The notes beneath the pieces are model-generated. The model did not search any database, was not told where the DNA came from, and saw only the letters and a list, made by a program, of their open reading frames with translations. Shown one piece after another: positions 35,051 to 46,000 of a DNA stretch of 48,110 nt (the stretch's first letter is position 1; every line of letters starts with the position of its first letter). Made by a program: the position numbers and the translations under genes. Where the stretch lies: NCBI RefSeq assembly GCF_001194135.2, contig NC_069006.1:15484273-15532382 (forward strand), read 5' to 3'. The DNA is from Octopus bimaculoides. Taxonomy: Eukaryota.

Positions 35051-35254
35051 CTTTTCCTCCCCCAACTCCTACTGTTACTGCTACTTATCTTTCTTGTTGC
35101 TTTTCTTTCTTTTCTTTGTCAAATATCATCATCATCATAATCTTCAGTTCTTCGCCGCCTTCATCATCAACTTCCTTTATGATCCTCATATTATTATTAC
35201 TGAGGTAGTTGTACTTGGTTATTTTCATTATTAATACTATTGCTATTATTTTCT

Positions 35255-35841
35255 GTTATTCCAGTTGAGTACTTGGAGTCGATGTAAGCGACTATCGCCC
35301 TCCCCGCAATTTCAGGCCTATCGTACAAAGGACTATTTTCTATGTTATTATGGCTTCCACCATTATTATTATTATTAAGGCGGCGAGCTGGCAGAATCGT
35401 TAGCACGCAAGGTGAAATGCTTAGCGGTATTTCGTCCGTCTTTTACGTTCCGAGTTCAAATTCCGCCGAAGTCGACTTTGTCTTTCATCATTTCGAGGTC
35501 GATTAAATAAGTACCAGTAATGTACTGGGTCGATGTAGCTGACTTAATCCCCCTCCTCAAAGCTGCTCTTGTGGCAAGAAATTTGATATCAATATTATTA
35601 TCATTATTATTAAGGCGGCGAGATGGCAGAATCGTTAGCACACCGGGCGAAATGCTTAGCGGTATTTCGTCCGCCTTTTACGTTCTGAGTTCAAATTCCA
35701 CCGATGTCGACTTTGCTTTTCATCCTTTCGGGGTCGATAAATTAAGTACCTGTCTAGCACTGGGGTCGATGTAATCGACTTAATCCCTTTCCCCAAATAT
35801 GAGGCCTTGAACTTATAATAGAAAGGATTATTATTATTATT
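35255..35841 (+). mobile_element. Chain of three family A SINEs (3' fragment, full copy from 35379, full copy from 35614)
   Basis: Each full copy begins TT-AA-GGCGGCGAG immediately after the (TTA)n tail of the previous one. The tails are A2-like, A3-like and A2-like. Confidence 0.9.
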
Positions 35842-36470
35842 ACTAGCAAATCTACCCTTCCACGATGAAGGCATAAAATGAGGGAGGGAAGACATAACAG
35901 CAGTATGTAATGAGAAATGTGTAAATGGACTTGATAGATTACTGGGTGATGTCTTAGAGAAATATTGTTGGTGATACAGCATTCTATTGCATCTATTATG
36001 ACGTGTTTGCAACTAAGTGAGGTGTGATGACGATACACACCCGAACTAAAATAGACTCCCAGCCTCTGCACCATGAATGGTTACGTGGACCACTCCTAAC
36101 GAAAGCTAGGAGCCATCACTAAATATAACTGGTCTACCTACCTTAGACAATAGGTCGATTGACTGAAATGCTTACTAGTAGTAAGTGAAAAATTATATTA
36201 AAACGATAAGCAATTTACTATGATAAATACTATTACTTAGTACTATAAACATAATTATTACTACTAACAGCTTATTGTATTTTTACATCTCTTTTGACTT
36301 ATCCTATTTGCGTAAATAGCTACTATTTTTCTAACCTATACATAGGAATATCCCATCAAATACCCCTTTCATTTTAAATTTTGGTCATTTACTTATCGTC
36401 TAATGACTCTCACAATATTCAACCTTCCTCCTTCTTTTCTTGTCTCTTCTTTTTAATTTATCTATTTATT

Positions 36471-36591
36471 TTCCACTCTGATGAAGCTCCATCATTCAAA
36501 TTGGTTTTATTACCAACTACGATAAATATTCTCTTAGCATCATACTGGTAATTCCAAAGAACATTGGCAGCAGAAACAGCTGTTAGAGGAG
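36471..36591 (+). ncRNA. Hammerhead ribozyme motif with long stem-II insertion and palindromic stem III
   Basis: UUCCACU CUGAUGA A GCUCC [~75 nt] GG(C)AGC A GAAACAGCUGUU AGAGGAG. Stem I pairs 6/7, and AACAGCUGUU (36575-36584) is a perfect palindrome. Confidence 0.6.
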
Positions 36592-36847
36592 ATGCAGTCT
36601 TTTTGTAAATCAATAACAATTGATGTGAATCAATTGTTGTTCAGCAATGTTATCCCCATTTTCTGTTTTCTTTAAATTTTGATTCCTGATAAACTCTTGT
36701 TTATTTTTGTCTTTACCTATAATTTATGAGCATAACAGATTTTCCATGTTTAAATATAGATAATATACCGGTAGTATAATGGATACTTTTATCCTTTAGA
36801 CGGTTATTTTGACCTCTAACTCAACTAACCTTCTATACCTATATATA

Positions 36848-36883
<36 letters not shown>

Positions 36884-37004
36884 TGTNNNNNNNNNNNNNN
36901 NNNNNNNNNNNNNNNNNNNNNNNNNNNNNNNNNNNNNNNNNNNNNNNNNNNNNNNNNNNNNNNNNNNNNNNNNNNNNNNNNNNNNNATATATATATATAT
37001 ATAC

Positions 37005-40000
37005 AACTAACGGACAAAAGAATGATGGAACGAACGTACGTACGAACGAGCGAATGAACGAACGAACTTACGCACGAACAATTGAATGAACGAACGTACG
37101 AACGAATGAACATACGTACGTACGTATGTACAAACGAACGATAGTAATGAAGGAACGAACGAACGTACGAACGAATAAACGTACATACTTACGTATGTAC
37201 GAACGAACGATAGTACTTACGTACGTACGAACGAAGGAACGTAATGAGCGTACGAACATACGTACGAACATACATACGAATAAACGAACGTACGAAGATG
37301 CGTTCGAACGAACGCACATTTGTACGTACGTGCGTTCGTTCGTACGCACGTACGTTCGTACGCACATACGTTCGTTCCTTCGTTTGTTCGTACGTTCGCT
37401 CATACGTCCGTTCGTACGTACGTTTGTTCGTTCGTACGTAAGTTCGTAATTACGTTCGTTCGTACGTACGTTCTTTCGTTCGTACATACGTACGTACGTA
37501 AGTTTATTCGTTCGTTCAATTGTTCATTTTCTCGTTCGTTCTTTCATACGTACGTTTGTTCATTCCTTTGTTCGTTTGTAATTTCGTACGTTCGTTCGTT
37601 CCATCGTTCTTTTGTCCGTTAGTTCGTCTGTATATTCGTACGTTCGTGCGTTGCTACGTTCGTTCGTACGTACGTTCGTTTCTTCGTTCGTTCTTTCGTT
37701 CGTTAGTTCGTACGTACGTTTGTCCGTTCGTACGTTTGTTCGTTCTTTCGTACGTACATTCGTACGTACGTAAGTTCTTTCGTTCGTTCGTACGTATGTT
37801 CGTACGTTCGTTTGTACGTACGTTCGTTCGAACGTACGTACGTTCTTTCGTACGTACGTTCGTTCGTTCGTACGTTCATACGTACGTTCGTTCGTTTGTT
37901 TCTACATTTGTTCGTTCGTTCGTTTCTTCGTTTGTTTGTTCGTTCGAACGTACGTTCGTTTGTTTGTACATACGTACGTACGATCGTTCGTACGTACTTT
38001 CGTTCGTATGTTCGTACGTTCGATCCTTCGTACGTACATTCTATCATTCGTTCGTATATACGTACGTACGTAAGTTTATTCGTACGTACGTTCGTTCCTT
38101 CATACGTACATTCGTTCTTTTGTTCGTTCGTTTGTGCGTATGTACATTTGTTCGTTCGTTCGTACGTACGTTCGTTCGTACGTTCGTTCGTAAGTTTGGT
38201 CGTACGTACGTTCGTTCGTATGTACGTACTATCGTTCGTTAGTTTGTACGTTCGTTCCTATGTACGTGCGTTCGTTTGCACGTACGTACGTTTGTTCGTT
38301 CGCAGGTTCGTTAGTTCATTCCTTCATTACGTTCGTTCTTACGTACGTACTATCGCTCGTTCGCAAATACGTACGTACCTAAGTTTATTCGTACGTACGT
38401 TAGTTCGTTCCTTCATTACGTATGTTCTTTCGTGTGTTCGATCGTACGTACGTAGGTTTATTCGTACGTACGTTCGTTCAATTGTTCATTCGTTCGTTCA
38501 TACGTACGTTCCTTCGTTCTTTTGTCCGTTCGTTCGTTCGTTCGTCTGTACGTACGTACTTTCGTGCGTACATTCGATCGTTTGTTCGTTCGTTCGTTCG
38601 TATGTTCGTTCGTACTTACGTTCGTTCGTTTGTACGTTCGTTCGTACGTTCATTCGTTTGTACGTTCGTTCGTACGTACGTTCGTTCGTATGTAGGTATG
38701 TACGTTCGTTCGTTCGTACTTTCGTACGTACGTAAGTTTATTCTTTCTTACGTAAGTTCGTTTGTTCAATTGTTCACTTGTTCGTTCGTACATAAGTTCG
38801 TTCGTTCGTACGTTCTCTCATTCGTTTGTTCGTACGTTCGCTCATACGTTCGTTCGTACGTACGTTTGTTCGTTCGTACGTACGTTCTTTCCTTCGTTCG
38901 TACGTACGTTCGTTCGTTCGTTCGTACTTACGTACGTTCGGTGTTTCGCTCGTTCGTACGTACGTGCGTTCGTTTGTTTGTTCTTTCGTACGTACGTTCG
39001 TTCGTAAGTACGTTTGTTCCTTCATTACGTTCGTTCGTTCGTACGTACGTACGTTCGTTCGATTGTTCGTTCGTACGTTCGTTCGTTCGTACGTACATTC
39101 ATTCGTTCGTTCGCACGTTCGTTCGTTCGTTCCTTCATTACGTTCGTTTATACGTACGTACTATCGTTCGTTCGTTCGTTCCTTCATTACATTCGTTCTT
39201 ACGTACGTACTATCGTTCGTTCGCAAATACGTACGTACCTAAGTTCGTTCGTTCGTACTTACATTTGTTCGTTCGTTCGTTCGTACGTACGTTTGTTCGT
39301 TCGTTCGCTTCTTAGTTCGTTCGATTGTTCGTTTGTACGTTTGTTCGTACGTTTGTTCGTAGGTACGTTCGTTCGTTCGTACATTCGTTCGTTCGTTCGA
39401 ACGTTCGTTCCTTCCTTCCTTCATTACGTTCGTTCTTACGTACGTACTATCGTTCGTTCGCAAATACTACGTACCTAAGTTTATTCGTATGTACGTTAGT
39501 TCGTTCATGCTTTCGATTGTACGAACGTTCGTACTTACTTACGTACGTTCGTTCGTACGTACGTAAGTTTATTCGTACGTACGTTCGTTCAATTTTTCAT
39601 TCGTTCGTTCATACGTACGTTCCTTCGTTCTTTTGTCCGTTCGTTCGTTCGTCTTTACGTACGTATGTTCGTGCGTTCTTCGTTCGTTTGTTCGTTCGTT
39701 CGTATGTTCGTTCGTTTGTACGTTCGTTCGTTTGTACGTTCGTTCTTTCGTACGTACGTTCGTTTGTATGTAGGTACGTACGTTCGTTCGTTCGTTCGTA
39801 CGTACGCACTTACGTACGTTCGTACATACGTACGTTCTTTTGTTCGTTCGTTCCTTCATTTCGTACGTACTATCGTTCGTTCGTACATACGTACGTACGC
39901 AAGTTTATTCTTTTTTACGTAAGTTCGTTCGTTCAATTGTTCACTTGCTCGTTCGTTCTTTTGTTCGTTCGTACATACGTTCGTTCGTTCGTACGTTCTC

Positions 40001-43000
40001 TCATACGTTCGTTCGTACGTACGTTTGTTTGTGCTTTCATTCGTACTTACGTACGTTCGTTCGTTCGTTCGTANNNNNNNNNNNNNNNNNNNNNNNNNNN
40101 NNNNNNNNNNNNNNNNNNNNNNNNNNNNNNNNNNNNNNNNNNNNNNNNNNNNNNNNNNNNNNNNNNNNNNNNNNNNNNNNNNNNNNNNNNNNNNNNNNNN
40201 NNNNNNNNNNNNNNNNNNNNNNNNNNNNNNNNNNNNNNNNNNNNNNNNNNNNNNNNNNNNNNNNNNNNNNNNNNNNNNNNNNNNNNNNNNNNNNNNNNNN
40301 NNNNNNNNNNNNNNNNNNNNNNNNNNNNNNNNNNNNNNNNNNNNNNNNNNNNNNNNNNNNNNNNNNNNNNNNNNNNNNNNNNNNNNNNNNNNNNNNNNNN
40401 NNNNNNNNNNNNNNNNNNNNNNNNNNNNNNNNNNNNNNNNNNNNNNNNNNNNNNNNNNNNNNNNNNNNNNNNNNNNNNNNNNNNNNNNNNNNNNNNNNNN
40501 NNNNNNNNNNNNNNNNNNNNNNNNNTTACGTACGTTCGTTGTTTCGTTCGTTCTTACGTACGTGCGTTCGTTTGTTTGTTTGTTCGTTCGTACGTACGTT
40601 CGTTCGTACGTTTGTTCCTTCATTACGTTCGTTCTTTAGTACGTACGTTTGTTCGTTCGTACGTACATACATTCGTTCGTTCGTACGTACATACATTCGT
40701 TCGTTCGTACGTACGTTTGTTTGTGCTTTCATTCGTACTTACGTACGTTCGTTCGTTCGTTCGTACTTCGTTCGTTCGTACGTATGTTCGTGCGTACGTT
40801 CGTACGTTCGTACGTTTGTTCATTCATTACGCTCGTTCGTTCATACGTACGTACGTTCTTTCGTTCGTACGTATGTTCGTGCGTACGTTTGTTCGTTCCT
40901 TCACTACGTTCCTTCGTTCGTTCGTACGTACAATCCTTCCTTCGTTCGTGCGTACGTACTTAAGTTTGTTCAATTGTTCATTTGTTCGTTCATACGTACG
41001 TTCCCTCGTTCTTTTGTCCGTTCCTTCGTTCGTGCGTACGTTCGTTCGTACCTTCTTTTGTTCGTTCGTACATAATTTCGTTTGTACGTTTGTTTGTTCG
41101 TACGTACGTTCATTCGTTCGTACGTACGTTTGTTCGTTTGCTCGTACGTACATTCGTTCGTTCGTTCGTTCGTACGTCCTTTCGTTCGTACTTACGTACG
41201 TACCTTCGTTCTTTCGTTCGTACGTTCGTTTGCTCGTACGTATGTTCGTTCGTACATACGTTCGTTTGTTCGTACGTACGTCCCTTCGTACGTATATACG
41301 TATGTTCGTTCGTTCGTTTGTTTGTTCATACGTACGTATGTGCGTACGTACGTTCGTTCCTACGTGGGTACGTACGTTTTTTCGTTCGTACGTACATTCG
41401 TTCGTACGTACGTTCGTTGTTTCGTTCGTTCGTTCGTTCGTTCGTATGTACGTTTCTTCGTACGTTCCTTCGTACGTACATTCGTTCGTACGTACGTATA
41501 TACGTTCGTTCGTTCGTATGTACGTTCGTTCGTTCGTACGTTCGTTCGTTTCTACGTTCGTACGTACGTTCGTTTTTACGTACGTACTATCGTTCGTTCG
41601 TACATAAGTACGTACGTAAGTTTATTCGTTCGTACGTATGTTCGTTCGTTCCTTCATTACGTTCCTTGGTTCGTACGTACGTAAGTACTATCGTTTGTTT
41701 GTACATACGTACGTACGTATGTTTATTCGTTCGTACGTTCGTTCGTTCGTTCAATTGTTAGTTCGTTCGTTGATACGTACGTTCGTTCGTTCCTTCGTTC
41801 TTTAGTTCGTCTGTATGTTTTTACGTACGTTCGTTCCTGCGTTCGTACGTACGTACGTTCGTTTCTTCGTTCCTTCCTTCGTGCGTTCGTACGTACGTTC
41901 GTTTGTTCGTTCGTACGTACGTTCCTTCCTTCGTTCGTTCGTTCACACGAACGTTCGTTCTTTCGATCTTTCGTTCGTTTGTACGTTCGTACGTACATTC
42001 GTTCGTTCGTTCGTACTTTCGTACGTTCGTTCTTTCGTTCGTTCCTTCGTTTGTACGTTCGTACGTACATTCGTTCGTACGTTTATTCGTACGTAGCACT
42101 TACGTACGTTCGTACGTACGTACGTTCCTTTGTTCGTTCGTTCCTTCATTACGTTCGTTCGTACATACGTACGTACGTAAGTTCGTTNNNNNNNNNNTTC
42201 GTTCGTACGTTTATTCGTACGTAGCACTTACGTACGTTCGTACGTACGTACGTTCCTTTGTTCGTTCGTTCCTTCATTACGTTCGTTCGTACATACGTAC
42301 GTACGTAAGTTCGTTCGTTCAATTGTTCACTTGCTCGTTCGTTCTTTTGTTCGTTCGTACATTCTCTCATTGGTTTGTTCGTACGTTCTCTCATACGTTT
42401 GTTCGTTCGTACGTACGTTCTTTCCTTCGTTCGTTCTTTCGTTCGTATTTACGTACGTTCGTTGTTTCGTTCGTTCTTACGTACATGCGTTCGTTTGTTT
42501 GTTTGTTCGTTCGTACCTACGTTTGTTCCTTCATTACGTTCGTTCTTTCGTACGTACGTTTGTTCGTTCGTTCGTACGTACGTTTGTTTGTGCTTTCATT
42601 CGTACTTACGTACGTTCGTTCGTTCGTTCGTTCGTTCGTTCGTTCGTACGTATGTTCGTGCGTACGTTCGTACGTTTGTTCATTCATTACGGTCGTTCGT
42701 TCATACGTACGTACGTTCTTTCGTTCGTACGTTCGTTCGTACGTATGTTCGTGCGTACGTTTGTTCGTTCCTTCACTACGTTCCTTCCTTCGTTCGTACG
42801 TACAATCCTTCCTTCGTTCGTACGTACGTACTTAAGTTTATTCGAACGTACGTTTGTTCAATTGTTCATTTGTTCGTACATTCGTTCGTAAGTACGTTCG
42901 CTCGTTCAATTGTTCGTTCGTTCGTTCATACCTACGTTGTTTCATTCTTTTGTTCTTTCCTTTGTATGTTCGTTCGTATGTTTGTTCCTTCTTTCGTTTG

Positions 43001-46000
43001 TTCGTTCGTACGTTCGTTCGTTCGTACGTACATTCGTTCGCACATTCGTTCGTTCGTTCCTTCATTACGTTCGTTCGTACGTACATACTATCGTACGTTC
43101 GTACATACGTACGTACCTAAGTTTATTCTTACGTTCGTTCGTTCACACGTACGTTCGTTCTTTTGTTCGTGCGTTCGTACGTACGTTCGTTCCTTAGTTC
43201 GTTCGTACGTACATTCATTCGTTCGTACATACGTTCGTTCGTTAGTTCGTACGTACGTTTGTCCGTTCGTACGTATGTTCATTCGTTCCTTCATTACGTT
43301 CCTTCCTTCGTTCGTACGTACTATCGTTCGTTCGTTCGTTCATACGTACGTTCGTTCGTTCGTCTGTATGTGCGTACGTTCGTTCGTACCTTCGTTAGTT
43401 CGTTCGTACGTTTGTTCGTTTGCTCGTACGTACATTCGTTCGTTCGTACGTCCTTTCGTTCGTACTTACGTTCGTTTGTTCGTACGTATATTTGTTCGTA
43501 CGTACGTTCCTTCGTACGTTAGTACGTACGTTTGTTCGTTTTCTCGTACGTATATTCGTTCGTTCGTACGATCCTTCGTACGTACGTTCGTTCGTTCGTA
43601 CGTATATACAGTTCGTTCGTTCGAATGTACGTTCGTTCGTACGTACGTTCGCTCGTTCGTTCTTTCATTCGTTCGTACGAAATTTCGTTCGTTCGTACGT
43701 TCATACGTACGTTCGTTCGTTTGTTTGTACATTCATTCGTTCGTTTCTTCGTTTGTTTGTTCATTCGTTCGTTTGAACATACGTTCGTTTGTTTGTACAT
43801 ACGTACGTACGCTCGTTCGTACGTACTTTCGTACGTTCGTTCCTTCATTACGTTCCTTCGTACGTATGTACTATCGTTCGTTCGTACATACGTACGTACG
43901 TAAGTTTATTCGTACGTACGTTTGTTCCTTCATACGTCGTTCGTTCTTTTGTTCGTTCGTTTGTGCGTATGTACATTTGTTCGTTCGTACGTTCGTTCGT
44001 ACGTTTGGCCGTACTTACGTTCGTTCGGTAGTATGTACGTACTATCGTTCGTTCCTTTGTACGTTCGTTCGTACGTACGTGCGTTCGTTTGTACGTACGT
44101 ACGTTTGTTCGTTCTGTAGTTCGTACTTACGTTCGGTTGTACGTAAGTTCATTCTTTCGTACGGACCTTCGTTTGTTCATACATACGTACGTACGTAAGT
44201 TTATTCGTTCGTACGTACGTTCGTTCGTTAAATTGTTCGTTTGTTCATACGTACGTTCGTTCTTTTGTTCGTTCGTTCGTACGTACGTTTGTTCGTTCGT
44301 ACGTTTGTTCGTTCGTACGTTCGTTAGTTCGTAATTTCGTTCGTTCGTTCGTGCGTACGTACGTTTGTTCCTTCATTACCTTCGTTCGTTCGTTCGTACG
44401 TACGTACTATCTTTCGTTCGTACATACTTACGTACGTAAGTTTATTCGTTTGTATGTATGTTCGTACGTTCGTTCGTTCCTTCATTACGTTCCTTCGTTC
44501 GTACGTACGTAAGTACTATCGTTCGTTTGTACATACGTACGTACGTATGTTTATTCCTTCGTACGTTCGTTCGTTCAATTGCTTGTTCGTTCGTAGAAAA
44601 GTACGTTTGTTTGTACCTTCGTTCTTTTGTCCGTTCGTACGTTCGTTCGTTTCTTCGTTCGTACGTTCCTTCGTTTGTTTGTTCGTTTGAAAGTACGTAC
44701 GTTCTTTCGTACGTACGTTCGTTCATTCGTTCGTATGTTCGTACGTACGTACTATCGTTCGTTCGTACATACTTACGTATGTCAGTTCATTCTTTCGTAA
44801 GTGCGTTCGTTCATTTGTTCGTTCGTTCGTTCATACGTACGTAGTTTCGTTCTTTTGTTCTTTCGTTTGTATGTTCGTTCGTATGTTCGTTCGTTTGTTC
44901 GTTCGTACGTACTTCGTTCGTTCGTTCGTACGTACATTCGTTCGTTCGTTCGGTCCTTCATTACGTTCGTTCGTACGTACATACTATCGTTCGTTCGTAC
45001 ATACATACGTACCTAAGTTTATTCTTACGTTCGTTCGTTCAATTGTCGTTCGTTCATACGTACGTTCGTACGTACGTGCGTGCGTTCGTACATACGTTCG
45101 TTCCTTCGGTCGTTCGTACGTACATTCATTCCTTCGTACACACGTACGTTCGTTAGTTCGTATGTACGTTTGTCCGTTCGTACGTTTGTTCGTTCTCTCG
45201 TACGTACATTCGTACGTACGTAAGTTCTTTCGTTCGTTCATTCGTATGCTCGTACGTACGTTCGTTCGTACGTACTATCGTTCGTTCGTACATACGTACG
45301 TACATAAGTTTGTTCGTACGTACGTTCGTTCGTTCGTTCATACGTCCGTAGGTTTGTTCTTTTGCTCGTTCGTTTGTACGTTCGTTCGTACGTTTGTGCG
45401 TTCGTTCGTACGTACGTTCGTTCGTTTCTTCGTTCATACGTTCGTTCTTTCGTTCGTTCGTACGATTGTTCGTTCGTACGTTGGTTCGTTCGTACGTACA
45501 TTCGTCCGCACGTTCGTTCGTTCCTTCATTACGTTCGTTCCTACGTACGTACTTTCGTTCGTTCGCACATACGTACGTACCTAAGTTTATTCGTACGTAC
45601 ATTAGTTCGTTCCTTCATTACGTATGTTCGTTCGTGCGATCGATCTTACGTACGTTCGTTCGTACGTACGTAAGTTTATTCGTACCTACGTTCGGTCAAT
45701 TGTTCATTCGTTCGTTCATACGAACGTTCCTTCGTCCTTTTGTCCGTTCTTTCGTTCGTTCGTTCGTCTGTACGTACATTCGTTCATTTGTTCGTTCGTT
45801 CATATGTTCGTTCGTGCATACGTTCGTTCGTTTGTACGTTCGTTCGTTCGTTCGTACCTTCGTTCGTTCGTACGTTCGTTCGTATCTACGTACGTACGTT
45901 CGTTCGTTCGTACGTACGTTAGCTCGTTCGTTCGTTCTTTCGTTCGTTCTTTCGGTCGTTCGTTCGTACGTACATTTGTTCGTACATTCATTCGTACGTA

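Noticed and set aside
42063-42315. Exact ~115-bp duplication in the satellite
   Set aside because: It flanks the 10-N gap at 42188-42197; artefact, not counted as a higher-order repeat.
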